DNA of 64,000 nucleotides. It comes from Antedon mediterranea. Lineage: Eukaryota; Animalia; Echinodermata. Below are positions 11,801-24,999 of this stretch, one piece after another. The position numbers were made by a program, and so were the translations under genes. Under the pieces are notes generated by a model. That model saw nothing but the letters and a program-made list of their open reading frames with translations, had not been told where the DNA came from and did not search any database. How positions within the stretch are numbered: position 1 is the first letter of the stretch; each line of letters starts with the position of its first letter. Location: contig NC_092673.1 in NCBI RefSeq assembly GCF_964355755.1, forward strand, positions 27,649,648 through 27,713,647, read 5' to 3'.

Positions 11801-14800
11801 TGTTCATTATCTCCTATTTTATTATCTCCTTACCGCCATTGCTCGGTTACCGCCATTGCTCGGTTACCGCCAATTCTCAATAACCATTACAACGACTGGG
11901 TAATTACATTCAACGAATACAGTGAGGAATTATACATCCCAGCATTCCCGCATATACAGCGTGCAATGACTTTACTAGGTCGTAGAATAATTGAAAGGTC
12001 CACATGTTTCAATGTGTCGCAACCAAGTTGAACCACTCAACTGGTTCGAGAAACCAAAATAGACACACTCGCGTCATATTGCGAATTTTGGACAAAAAGT
12101 GTTTTGAGAGCGCTTTTGATTTAAACATTAGCGCGAGCCTATCTTACCGCTGAGAATTGTATTGGGAAACCCGAAGACTTCACGCGAGCGAGACGAACTG
12201 ACTAAGAACATTATTACTATAGATTTTCACTTCATACACGCTTATTATTGAACAATAGTTAGTATAAATAACTGCTAGTTAATTAGAGACATTCGATGTT
12301 ACTAAGAATACTAAAGAAATTACTTATAATACAAATTTAAAAGATTTATAACGATTCTAGTTTAGGTAACATTCGCCCATTAACAATGAAAACAAACAAA
12401 TCCTGCGTAGGAAATCGCGGAACTCTAAAAAGTTTGTTTTAATATCACGCTAAAATTGTTTCCGAATTTTTAAATACATATTTGTAAATAGCATGTTAAA
12501 TTTCAATATCTTTACTTTTAATCCTCAAAAAATCAAAATGTTGATATTTTTTAAAAGAATTTTATGATCATTTGAAATCGGGTATATTTACTATCGATCG
12601 CGCTCCGCCGGTGCCCGAGTAGGTGTGTACGCGTCGCTTTTGCAGGCTCTATTCCCAGTAGCGAGTTTCGGTCGCGCTAACATAAGCAATGTTTTCTACA
12701 TTTACATGCATTAGGGGTAAATTATGTTTAATTGTTTTTACCGCATAACAAAATTCCCAAATTTATTTCTTTTCTTGCCTAACCGTTTCTGTCACCCTAA
12801 AATCAAATACTTTAACTGCATAATTTTAAGTGACAATAACATACAAATAGGCCTACTTTAATTTGATCACTTCTTCGTAATACTTTAAAGTTGTTGTATA
12901 CAATTATTTTAAGAATATAAATAAAAACACACAGAAACTAATAAAATGGCAACTAATTGAAAAGTCAAACTCATTTATTTCATCAATTAAATATTTGAAA
13001 AAAAATCAAATCAAGTAAGGTACTGCTGTGTAGGCCTTAAATATGATTATTGTATTTTTTAGTTTTAATTTGTATAATGGCCTAGGCCTAATAATATAGT
13101 ACTAACAACATGTTTATTTCTAAAGGCAAGAATAACAAACAGCTTTATTTATTTACCTTCAATATTAAATCTATGAGAAACCTCAATTATGAGAATCATT
13201 TAAATTTCTGTCACCGTACATTTCATTATAATGAAAACCTTTAATTTAAAAGACATTTAATTAATAAGAGCTGGTCAAATTTTTTTGAATGTCAACATGC
13301 TGTCCATAAATAGCCGCTTTCAAGTGATGCAAATGTTTTCTGGAGTCAGATCCTATAAAAAATATAGAAATATAAAAAGTATCTTAATTTAAATATGTAT
13401 TTGAAAGATGGGCTAGAGGTATACTGCATGATAAATTAGGCTGAAAAACCTAAAATGTGGTCCTAGGCCTACTACAAGGCCTAGCTTAATGTTTTAAATC
13501 CCATAAAACGTTTGAATTTAATACAAGTACAAAATCTAATTTATATAGAGTTGTAAAGTGTGGTACATTCAGTACATTAATTAAAATAAATGAGAATGGG
13601 GCCTAATATTAATAAATAAACATGTAAAAAATTGGCCTAAACGACTACGTGTGTATCTATACGCATTGATTAACACACAGTACGCGTTGGACCATCAAGG
13701 CTAGGCCCAGCTTCGCACAAACCACCGTTATACATGTGATTTGTTTACCTATTTCAATCGCCATTTAAAAAATACCTGAAAATATCAACATGCCCATTTT
13801 TTGTCAAACGAATATTTACATTACATAGTAACTTTTTATTTAGTCACTCGTTTACTCAAAAATTGAGGAATTTTTTTATGGTCTCGTAAAAATGTACAAT
13901 ATTATTATTGATAAAAACCGTATAAAATTTAACAAAAAGAAGAGCAAATTCAATGATTACCTGACACGATCATAACTGCTATCCTGTTCCAAAAACCAAG
14001 TCACATGCTTCTTCAACCCTTGCTTTAATTATTGTCATGAATTATTCATAAGGAACTATAATTTAAGGCTTTCAATTGGTTAAAAGAGTTTAACCCTATT
14101 AAAATTTTTAATTCACATCATTTCCGGGTGATGTTGTCGCGCTTCGATGAATCTCAGAAATCACAAATGACCGCTAGAGGGCTCACTACTTTTTTTCTAG
14201 TCTAAATGAATGTGTAGACCTACTCGCATGCGCACGTTACAATGGCGATTTCTTGTCACTGTGTTTATTTCATTTTAGAGAAAACTGGACGCTGTTGCAG
14301 ATGTAGTTACAAAATGTTGTCCTAAAACGGTTAAATACAAGATACCAGAGGTAAGCGACAGTCAACACAAGAATGCTTGGTAGAGGTTGTTTCAAACCCG
14401 AATCTTCTGACGAAGGGGTGGGCGGGGGAAGGGTGAAGATACATCCCCTCCTGTGATGATTCACTACATTTTTCCATATGGTGCATAATGGATTATCTAA
14501 AAACGACTATGCCTTACTAATTTGTATTATTTTATTTTCAGGGTGGATATTTTATGTGGTTTGAGTTACCAAGTTCGTTTGATGTTCAAGCATTCGGTGA
14601 TGTTTGTAAAAGAAAACACAACATATCATTCACTCATGGAGTAACGTAAGAAACATTTTGTACAGGAACATATACGACGCACAAAGTAATTTGATCGACC
14701 AATCACAAGCGACGGATCATTCAAACTGTGGCTTTTGATTTGTCAGATTTCTAACTAAAGCTGGGTTCCCACTACCGACGCAACGGAAGAAAATTCCCCT

Positions 14801-15150
14801 TCAATAATTGTGTTCCCCCTCCCCCCCCCCCCCCGCCTGCGTAAAAATAAAACCTGCGGTGTTTGCAGTATTGTTGCGTCGTCGGTTTCCACTTGTGATT
14901 ACGCAATGCAGCAGATCGCTAGTGGGAACCACGCTTAAAGCTGGATATAAATAGCATGTTATGTACGCGTACAAATACTGATAATAGTTAGCTTTGTTGA
15001 AATAAATAATGTTATCTTTACAGATGCTCAACGGCAGGCAATTGGCAGAACTGTATCCGTATATGTTTTATGTACTACCCTGTTGATGAGCTGGTTAAAG
15101 GCGTCCGAACGCTACTATGTGAACTTGATTCACGTCTGAACGCACAATAG
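8858..15150 (+). CDS. Class I/II PLP-dependent aminotransferase (YER152C/2-aminoadipate transaminase/MocR-catalytic-like), paralog 1
   Basis: Exons 8858-9028, 9410-9528, 9722-9876, 10177-10335, 10912-11179, 11592-11706, 14279-14350, 14542-14645, 15024-15150. Motifs: LQYG..G, TSGAT, EDPTY, YQNPTG, DDVY, GSFSKVLGPGLRLGW (PLP lysine), GGYFMW, CIRICF. Probable non-coding first exon with donor at 8377 and acceptor at 8835-8836. Confidence 0.88.
10035..10127. mobile_element. MITE family A, internally deleted copy
   Basis: Perfect TIRs AGCTCTGTCTACACTATCAAACTT...AAGTTTGATAGTGTAGACAGAGCT. Confidence 0.8.
11300..11420 (+). mobile_element. LINE (CR1/L2-group) 3' tail remnant
   Basis: GAGGG...TCAGCTTCGGCTGA stem-loop...CTCGTAAAA followed by AATAAA and an A-tail. 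Confidence 0.4.
14759..14935. mobile_element. MITE family B (TIR AGCGTGGTTCCCACTAG, TWA TSD)
   Basis: Termini AGCTGGGTTCCCACTA...TAGTGGGAACCACGCT flanked by TAA/TAA. Confidence 0.75.
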
Positions 15151-15881
15151 AATGATATGACGTAACGTAATGAAAATCAGTTTCATATTTTACGTTTTTA
15201 TTATTACTGCTGACTACTGTGAGACCTTTCGATATTCGAAATCATTTTATTGTTTTAACTGTTTTAAAAGCAATCGAGTTGCAATGTATTTATATATATA
15301 TTATTTTACATGCCATATTTATGTTTAAAACAAGACGACGAGAATACATTGTCTAGCTCATTTTTTTTACTATAAAAAAATTAATATTCTCGCAGAAATT
15401 CCCATCCTGTTCGCTAACCTCCTGGAGGTGGTTGGTATTTCATCGCTTAAATGATTAAATTATAGTACGTTATAAATAAGTGAGATTATACATACCAACG
15501 ATAAATACTCTATAGCGCACATTATTATATTAGGATTATTAACTTTAGTTTTATGTCAACAATATGTTACGAGGGTGGTCTATGAGTACGTACGTACACG
15601 TATATTTAAGACAACTTCGCCGCTACGTCGTTAGCAACTGTATGAAAAAAAACTCCTCTCCACGATATATTATTTTTTCTAAACAAATGTCTGCATAAGA
15701 GTATAATATAATATATTCAATTCAAATTTGTTATTATTAATTCAATTATATATTTATTTACTTATTTACTCTTAAATTGCTTTTATTTTTGTTGGCCAAT
15801 ATTTATTATTTTCAAGGGTGCTTATTAGCTTAACGATTTGTGCACGCACATATCTTAACAGTAGTATGTGGAAATAAAATA

Positions 15882-16032
15882 GAAGTAACGTTACATTGAC
15901 ACTATACGATTTTTCTTTAACGGTGCCGTCCTCCGATCATCGTGAATCGGGACCGGTGTAAATGCACTTTTAATAGAAGTAACGTTGCATTGACATTATA
16001 CGATTTTTCTTTAACGGTGCCGTCCTCCGATC
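15882..16032. repeat. Local direct duplication (~60-bp unit, ~95-bp spacing)
   Basis: AATAGAAGTAACGTT.CATTGACA.TATACGATTTTTCTTTAACGGTGCCGTCCTCCGATCA occurs twice. Confidence 0.8.
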
Positions 16033-17423
16033 ACCTAACTTCTTTAAAACCAAACCAGTATAATGTTTGTTAATTTATTTTGTTCAACACACAATGAAAG
16101 AAATTTAAATAAAATTAATAAAAATATTACAATATCACTTGTAGGTTTACTGTAAATGTCAAATTAAAAATAAAAATCATTTAAAGGGTAATAAGAAACA
16201 GAATATTTGTTTGCCTGTGTTTTGTATTTGATCAGTAAATATATAATACCCGAATTGTAAAACAAAAACAATGCCGAGCTACAAGAAAGCTAAATCACCG
16301 TTATAGCTTTTCAAATGTGCAGTTCCAAACTAAGTTGTCGTTCGTCTGGCATGACGTATTATTATGCGAAACTGCTGGACCGAATACATGCAGCGGGAAA
16401 AGGGCGTAGTTATGATATAATGCAAATACGGTTCATAATTAATTCGTTTGGCATTTAAATTCACTTTCCTGTTTTAACGGGTGGAATTTTTATTGAATTA
16501 CCCTGGTGTGTGCATATATGTCTATATTTCGTGTATGTATTTAACGTGTAAGGTAAGGTTAGTTATTTATCAATATTAAGGGGCTGAACTTGATTAGTTT
16601 TAACTATTTTTAGCCCTTCTCTTGATTATTGATTTATTTATGTTACAATGTATATACTTTATATTTGTGGGTAAATAAAAGAAAGAAAGGCGTTGCAGTG
16701 ACATTGTTGTAAGGCCACTACCCTAATAATTTGTAAATGGTATAAAATCAGACATTTCATTGTCTTAAAATGTAGGTCTATGAATTCATTGCCTATTTAA
16801 TTTCATTCCTAAAAATAATAGTATGTACCAAGTAGGCCTAAGCTGAATGCTCGAATTGAAGTTAGCGACACGAATAGGATAATCGTGAAATACAAATGAT
16901 ACTCCAGGGCTACCCGTAGGCATAAGTCATTGTAAAACTATTAAGATAACAATGTACTTCCTATGACGCGCAAAGCTTTTTGGCGCGGTTGCATTCTACC
17001 GAAAATATTAGTTTATAACCATTAGTATGTATAAGAAATGCTTAATAATCTAAGCTCAACGAATATTCGGCATCCATTCTGTAATTCTGATGATTGAAGC
17101 TTAGAATATTATGAGACGTCCTGTTATAATTATTATTTTCTAACTATCCTAGGCCTATGAAAAACATTGCGTAGTTATATTATGTACTAGGCCTACTGTA
17201 TACTACATTGGCAAATAATGTGCATCGAATTTAAGATGTAGCTTCGTGGCCTGCCTACCGATCACAGGGTCCTGATCAGATCCAGTCAGAAGGAAAGGAA
17301 TACTCCCGACTGAGTGATGTCGGCAACTGTATTTATAGTTTTTCCTGTGAACAGGTTTGCCATCTTTCAGAAGGACACAGTGAATGATGAATTATCATTA
17401 TCCTTGGCAGTTTGCCTACATTA

Positions 17424-17598
17424 AGCGTGGTTCCCACTAGCGACACAACGCAAGGACGTAACGCAACGCAAGTGAATTTACCAATCACAAGCGATGGCTT
17501 ATTCGCTTGTGATTGCTGTCTATAACTTCGCTTGTCATTGGTTAAAACGCTTGCGTTGCGTTTACGTCCTTGCGTTACGTTCTAGTGGGAACCAAGCT
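17424..17598. mobile_element. MITE family B copy
   Basis: AGCGTGGTTCCCACTAG...CTAGTGGGAACCAAGCT with TTA TSD; internally palindromic, with (ACGCA)n and CCAATCACAAGCG. Decayed copies at ~11440-11540 and ~51810-51957. Confidence 0.8.
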
Positions 17599-17713
17599 TT
17601 AGAAATAATTACGAGTCAGTCATACTTGACGAAGCGAACGGTCCACTGGAGTAAATGCAAAGTATTTTATCTTACAGTACTGAACTCTCTGGATATAACC
17701 TTCCTCAAAGAAG

Positions 17714-20700
17714 ATGGCTACCAAATTCCGCACAAAGGAGGAGGATTATTACGGCTATTACAAACACAAATATTATGAGATTTCGGCAATTGGCGAGGGA
17801 AGATATTCGTTAGACATGGGCGGACCTTCAGTCGATATCCTCCTATCTGCAGCTAAGCTCATGAGGAAGTCTACAGAAATTAGATTAGTAAGATTATTAA
17901 GAGATAACAGTGATCCCGATATGTATAATTGGGTGGGCTCTGTGTTGAACTTGCTTATGAAATGAACATATGTTTTATTTAATAATGGTAATATTTGGCA
18001 AACATGGCATTTCATAGTATCTGAGTACTTAAGTTGAAAACACAAGTTAAGTCTGGTGGAACAAACTAACAATCTAACAACTAGGATGCTAAGCTCCGGA
18101 TATTAAAGGGTTTATTTATGGCTGCGTGTTCCACGACCATTAATAAATACAGTACTGTTTGGTATTTGTCGCAGCCAAACATAAGATCAAAGGACTTTTA
18201 CGAGTTCTTATTTTGCAAGGCGAACTGAATGTCCTGTTGTTAGATTGGGCCAATGTTATGGCGCCCTAGAACTTTTCTTGTGAAAACCAACACTTGCTCA
18301 AGCCCAACCATACCACAAGTAACATCTAATTTCCAATCAACAGCAACAAGAAATATCTGGCGATGCTGACTTGTTGCAGTATGGCAGTTCTTTAGGAGAT
18401 CCAGACTACCGGACAAATGTTGCCAAATTCCTCTCAAGTCACTATCAGGACAGCGTAGATCCGTAAGTTACCTTAATGATTTAAAATGGAAAAGTTTTTA
18501 CGAAACTTTTTATTTAGAGAGTTCATCTATAATTAATGCAAAGCTCCCCACACAGTGACATCAAGTATAAATACCGTTCCGACCAAACAGTAAACCATTG
18601 TTGGACAATATCAATTCATGCTTAGTTGTTATTTACCCAATAATCGTGAAGCAAATTGTTACGTGCACACATTATACGACAGTGACCAACAATACGCGCG
18701 TGTACAAATATTGATATCAAAGTACGCGCGCTTCACTTGGTGTCGTCACTGACGATGTTGTGTCTTCTATAATTTCAGTGAATCCATATTTACTACCTGT
18801 GGCGCTACGATTGGCCTGTCTATTCTAGTGAGTATCTTCTTCAATGCTGGTGACGTCATCTTTGTTGAAGATCCTACTTTCTTCCGGGTCAATCAGATCG
18901 TGAGAGGTTATGGACTTACGGTTGTACCCAGTAAGTAGCCTAAACTTAACATACAACGTCGACCTGTAAAGATCGGATTAGAAATTATGGTTGCTTTATT
19001 TGAATGACGCAATGAGCATAATCATGACTCGAAAAAAACGCAATACTATTGGTCAAATTTTCGCTGACGTAATGTTCCCACTAGGACGCAACGCAAGGAG
19101 GTACACGCAAAGCATGCGTGTTTACCAATGACAAGCGATAGTTTGAATAATCCATCGCTTGTGGTTGGTCAACTCACTTACGTTGCATTACGTTCTTGTG
19201 TTGCGTCTCTAGTTGGAACCAAGCATAAAGCGTGGTTCCCAATAGAACGCAACGTAACGCAGCGACGTATTGACGCAAGGTGCTGTATTGCGTAAATCAC
19301 AAGTGTGAACCGACGACGGAACAGTGCTGTAAAGTCGCAGGTTTGATTTCACGCAGGCGGGAGCAAACACAATTATCGGAAGGGCATTTTCTTACGTTGC
19401 GTAGGTTGCGTTACGCTGCGTCGCTAGTGGGAACCACGCTTTAAGGCACAGCATTTGACCAATTAAACTATACTCCCTGTACTACTGTTCTGTCTCTCCC
19501 AAGACTCCTATTTGTCAATCTTGTTTATCTTTTAAGGCCAATTTACACAGACGAGCGGTAACGGTAAAGCGTGGTTCTCACTAGCGACGCAACGCAAGGA
19601 CGTAACGCAACGCAAGTGAATTGACCAATCACAAGCGATGGCTTATTCGCTTGTGATTGCTAACTGTCTATAACTTCGCTTGTCGTCATTGGTTAAAACG
19701 CTTGCGTTGCGTTTACGTCCTTGCGTTACGTTCTAGTGGGAACCAAGCTAGCGGAAACCCGTAGCTTGTCCCACGTAGAATCTGTATCTGTCCTGAGCGG
19801 AAACCGCCCGCCTGTCCGCTCCGCGTCGTGTGTAAATAGTCATAATGAATAACATAGATTCTATTTGTACTACCGTTACCGCTCGTCTGTGTTAATTGTT
19901 TCCCACAAGCGACGCAACGTAACGCATGCTACGCAACGTAAGAAAATGCCCTTCCAATAATTGTGTTTCCCCCCGCCTGCGTGAAATCAAACATGCGATT
20001 TTTGCTGCACTGTTGCGTCGTCGGTTCCCACTTGTGATTGCGCAATACATCACTTTGCGTCGATACGTCGCTACGTTACGTTGCCTTACGTTCTAGTGGG
20101 AACCACGCTTTATACATTTTGGTGTTTTTGTATATTATTGTTTCATAGTTCCACTTGTTGATGACGGGATAGAAGTTGAGATGCTTGAGAAAGAGGTGAA
20201 AGGAAAAAGGCCGCTAGATTTTCAGCCAACTGATCAACGACCATTCTGGGCGTGCATGTACCTGATGACCGTATACCACAATCCTACTGGAATATGTTAT
20301 TCTAAAGGTAGGCCTGACGTCATACCTGTATTTAGACTATTTTGTCATCTATCGTATCGTGATTCCCCTAGGACGTAGCGCAGGGGTGGCGCCAGGATCT
20401 TCCCGACGCGGGGGCTACATTCCCCGACGAGGGGGCTATGCGAGCGAAGCGAGCATCACTAGGCTGGGGGCCAGGGGGCCGCCAAGGGCCCCCGGTGGGG
20501 GTCCAGGGGGCGAAGCCCCCGGAAGCAACGCGTTCTAGCGTCATTTGAGGTCATTTTAATCAGATTTAGGGTAGCCATTTTTTCCATTTTTTATAATGCA
20601 TAAATAAAATACTGCGTGCAAAAAAACGATGCGCGATGACTGTTTCAATCCATATTTTTCAATTTAAAAAATAAAATTTCAGAGAAAATTTAGAAAAATA

Positions 20701-23700
20701 GAGTTGGAGGTCCCGGAAATTGGACTTATTATACTTCAAAACATGAAACAAAATATATAAGTCCCTATCATGGTTGTGACTGAGCTAAGAAATGTTTGAA
20801 AAATAGAGATGTTAGGTCCCGGAAAATGCACTTCTTGTACTTCAAAATATTACCAGCTTTATTGTTGGGGCTGAGCTAAGAAACTGTTTAAAACTAGAGC
20901 TGCAGGTCTTCAAAAATTGCATTTTATACTTTGGAAAAATCAGGCCTAGAGGCTTAAAAAACGCAAGCGTAGACCTTTTTCAGTCGGGGAAATAAGTTTA
21001 TTCCTCCCAAGTGTATGCGTGCGTACCATCTGGACTTCCGAGAGTTGAGAAATTCATGACATACAGGACATTGAAAATGTAATAACTTAGCTATAATAAG
21101 ATGTTGGCTAAGCGAAAATGGCATGTTTTTTTGTTTAGTAATGGATGAAAAATTTATTTTAGGTGCCCCACGGTACAGAGAAGGTTACTTGTAAATTAAA
21201 AAATTGGTGAACATACGGACAATTAACATAATTCGTTTTTGCTGCTGTAGTGTAGCGTACGTCGACGCAGTACACGACGTAACCGTCAGTAAACTTCGCC
21301 TGGAAAATAACTACAGTACACATTTTGGTCCCTGGATGGAACATGATATCACGCGTTTCGACCCAACGTTGAACGATTCGTACAAAGGGATACCGACAGA
21401 CAAGTGCGAACCTAGCTATTGTTTAGTAGTAAGTTAGATCGCTGGCAATAATGATTGCATATAAAGTGCATAATATCACTCTGACGTACTCTCACGGTCA
21501 ATGAAACGTCGTGGTTTTCTAGGCGCTGAAGCTAGCTACGAAGTGAACGCGAACGCTTTTTACTGTATATTATATTCCCCGACAAAAAGTACCCGTGTTC
21601 CCTTCGGTAACCGCCGGTAAACTTCGCCTGGAAAATAACTACATTACACATTTTGGTCCCTGGATGGAGCTTGATATCACGCGTAAGCGTGTCGACCCAA
21701 CGTTGAACGATTCGTACAAAGGGATACCGCCAGACAAGTGCGTACCTAGCTAATGTTTAGTAGTATTGTAAGTTAGATCGCTGGCAATAAATGAATGCAT
21801 AAAAGTGCATAATAGCCCTCTGATGTACTCTCACGGTCAATGGAACGTCGTGGTTTTCTAGGCGCTGAAGCTATATGAAGTGAACGCGAACATTTTTTAC
21901 TGTATATTATATTCCCCGACAAAAAGTACCCGTGTTCCCCGACGGGGGGGCTAGGCTCCCCGACGAGGGGACTAGAGCCCCCGTAGCCCCCCCCCCCCCC
22001 CGCTGGCGCCACCACTGACGCAGCGACGTATTGACGCAAAGTGCTGTATAGTATGGAACGCCGTTTACGCAACATTTCGATGATATGAATTTTATGACGC
22101 GATATGTGAATGAAATGCATCGATATGAATTAAATGGTGCGATATATGAATGAAATGTTTTGAATTGAATGCTTTGAATTGAATATTTTGAATGAAATGT
22201 TTTGAATGAAATGTTTTGAATGAAATGTTTTGAATGAAATGTTTTGAATGAAATGTTTTAAATGAAATGTTTTAAATGAAATGTTTTGAATGAAATGTTT
22301 GAATTGAATTGAAAAGTCAAACTATTGGTGGCGTATGTCATTCTCGCTCGCGATTATTTTCTCAACCTCTTAGGCCTAAGCCTGGGTACCCTCATCTCCT
22401 TTCTTCCACGCTGCCTTTACAGAGAATCCTAACAGACCTGGGTTCGGAAATATGTATTCCAATGTTTCAGGTCTGTTAGGGAGTCTCTGTAAAGGATTCA
22501 TATTGATGACAGCGTTGAAAGGAGATGAGGGTACCCATGCTTAGGCCTATTAAGAGGTTAAAAAAAAATCGCGAGCGGGAATGACATACGCCGCCAATAG
22601 TTTGATTTTCAATTCAATTCAAACATTTCATTCAAAACATTTCATTTAAAACATTTAATTCAAAACATTTCATTCAAAACATTTCATTCAAAACATTGCA
22701 TTCAAAACAATTTATTCAAAACATTTCATTCAAAACATTTCATTCAAAACATTTCATTCAAAACATTCAATTCAAAGCATTCAATTCAAAACATTTCATT
22801 CATATATCGCGCCATTCAATTCATATCGATGCATTTCATTCACATATCGCGTCATAAAATTCATATCATTGAAATGTTGCGTAAACGGCGTTCCATAGTA
22901 TTGCATAATCACAAGTGGGAAGGAACCGACGACGCAACAGTGCTGCAATCACCGCATGTTTGATTTCCCGCAGGCGGGGGCAAACACAATTTTTAGAAGG
23001 GCATTTTCTTACGTTGCGAAGGTTGCGTTACGTTGTCGCTAGTGGGAACCAAAATTACACCCTACGTGCACTAGTGGGAACGAGCTTTAATGTAACCGCG
23101 TATTACGAAATTGATTTCTTTCAGAAAAATGCAAGGCGTTAATAAGACTAGCCCGAGACAACAACATTTTGATTATTTGCGATGACGTTTACAACTTACT
23201 TTGCTTTGAAAAAAATGGAAACGCATTCAAGAGAGCGCCACCAAGACTTTTTCAGTACGACGTGAAAGCAGACGATGATTATTTCGGCAATGTTGTATCA
23301 AACGGTAGCTTTTCTAAAGTACTAGCACCGGGTCTCCGGCTTGGTTGGTTTGAAGCTCCAAAGGTTGTCATTAATCAACTGCTGTTGGAGTAAGAAACAG
23401 TCTTTGTTAATATTTCGAGAACACAGTTATTGTAATGTCCTAGAAATACATTATGGTTTTAAGTACAACGTGTGAATGAAGGTCTAATTGTTTGTATAGT
23501 GAAAATTCTGTATTAAATTTTTTCACACAAACTTAATTGCCATTTTAATTCCAAATTTATAATATTAACAATAGTGATATAGAATATGGGAGTTCACACA
23601 CACAAACGGAAGACGGCGCCGTATAATTAATCCCTGTATATATACATTGTTTAACTAAAATGCACCGTCTCGTTCTGTGAAACGAAAACAGTGTGAATAC

Positions 23701-24999
23701 AGATTTATTGTTGTTAATGGGCGTGAAAAGTTATTGGAAAATAGATATGTGATCGAAAGACGACGTAACGTCTTTTTCGGCTACGACTGAAAATCCTGGC
23801 TCAGTTTGAACACAGGTTTAACTTGGTGTTTTCTAGCGGACGTATACAAGGTGGAGGTTCTATGAACCATTACACATCCGGGATAGTTGCAAGTTCATTG
23901 AATACAGATTTGTTCAGCGATCATTTGCTAATGGTTAGGAGCAGAGGTAAGGTACGTATATTACGGGTCAACCTTCTAAACACCACACGCTATCCAGTAC
24001 CATATGCCGTGCCACACTATACCATCCCTAAATGGGATCGACACTGCACTGCTGGTTACCGAGTGGGTCCAATGGCCTACATGTAGCCCTACTCCAAATT
24101 TTCTCAGTTTCTAGTTAAGCTTGGGGACGATAAAAACACTTTAATTACTTTTTAGATGAAACAAGTAGGACTAAATACTTCAAATCTGAATTCAGTTGTG
24201 TGTGCAGAAAATGTTCGAATATGTTCTTGTTAGGCCCATATCTAATTGTTGTTGATTTTTTGTTTGTAGGAGAAACTTGACGCTATCCTTGGTGTTTTTC
24301 GTGAACGCTGCCCAGAAGGCGTAAAATTCAGCATACCAACGGTAACTTTTTTATAGAAATTATTGAATATATCTTTTTCGTATTTCTTTCACAATGATAA
24401 ACATTATTAGGCTGTCTTTCGCAATTGCGAAAGAGTTTTCCCGCGCAAGGCAAGTGGCGCGCTTACGTCATTGTATTGCGATCAATTGTGAGCAGCCAAG
24501 ATTGAGTAGATTATTCATTTTATTTATAATATTGCAGGGTGGTTATTTCATGTGGATAGAATTGCCAGGTTCGGTTGACATCCCAGAGTTACACGAGTGT
24601 TGTTTGAAAAATCACAACATATCATTCCATCACGGAGTAAAGTAAGTGTTGATTTTTTAAGCAAGTGCTAAAGAAACAAACGAGAATCCACTTAATTAAC
24701 TTTCAATGTTACTTTGAGATCATTTAGGCCTACTTGACGTGTATAGTGCATCTGTAGCTTGGTGGTTAACGCACTTGTCTCGGGCCTTAATTGTTTTAAA
24801 AAATAGCGCTACATCTAGACACGGGATAACTTATTTCCATTTTAGGTGCTCCGTGCCTGGTAGATGTCAGAATTGTATACGCATTTGCTTCATGTACTAT
24901 TCTGCAGCAGAGCTAGTTACAGCCGCTACCAAACTACTCGAAGAAATTGAAGTTCGTCTAACGGCGGTAAAGAATGTGGACAAGGCAGATACAAATTAA
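17714..24999 (+). CDS. Class I/II PLP-dependent aminotransferase, paralog 2 (tandem duplicate)
   Basis: Exons 17714-17887, 18344-18462, 18779-18930, 20149-20307, 23125-23389, 23837-23951, 24270-24341, 24538-24641, 24846-24999. Same 9-exon layout and phases as paralog 1. Motifs YHNPTG, DDVY, GSFSKVLAPGLRLGW, GGYFMW and CIRICF are intact. Confidence 0.88.
18070..18248. mobile_element. MITE family D
   Basis: TIR CAATCTAACAAC(T)AGGA / TCCTGTTGTTAGATTG. A homologous copy at ~27359-27537 in PRDM12 intron 2 shares internal TACAGTACTGT..TATTTGTCGCAGCCA.ACATAA.ATCAAA. Confidence 0.6.
19072..20109. mobile_element. Cluster of four family-B MITEs plus one family-C MITE (nested)
   Basis: B copies at ~19072-19225, 19229-19440, 19568-19749 and ~19898-20109. 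The 19568 copy lies inside an element with TIR GGCCAATTTACACAGACGAGCGGTAACGGTA / TACCGTTACCGCTCGTCTGTGTTAATTG (19536-19898). Confidence 0.75.
20381..22017. mobile_element. Non-autonomous hAT-like DNA transposon inserted in a family-B MITE
   Basis: TIR CAGGGGTGGCGCCAG / CTGGCGCCACCACTG; 8-bp TSD ACGTAGCG (20373-20380) / ACGCAGCG (22018-22025); subterminal CCCCGACG repeats; internal ~330-bp tandem duplication (~21280-21604 and ~21608-21940). Confidence 0.8.
22051..22898. mobile_element. Foldback-type element (~850-bp near-perfect palindrome)
   Basis: Ends TATGGAACGCCGTTTACGCAACATTTC / GAAATGTTGCGTAAACGGCGTTCCATA. Arms carry tandem 14-mers (GAATGAAATGTTTT)n and stay complementary to a centre near 22450. 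TA-flanked. Confidence 0.85.

Noticed and set aside
11990-14220. Large insertion in aminotransferase 1 intron 6
   Set aside because: Probably transposon-derived (the intron is ~2.6 kb versus ~0.3 kb in the paralog), but I could not define TIRs, a TSD or coding remnants.
22150-22800. Regular short repeats resembling a CRISPR array
   Set aside because: Contiguous 14-mers without unique spacers, forming the inverted arms of a foldback element in a eukaryotic intron.
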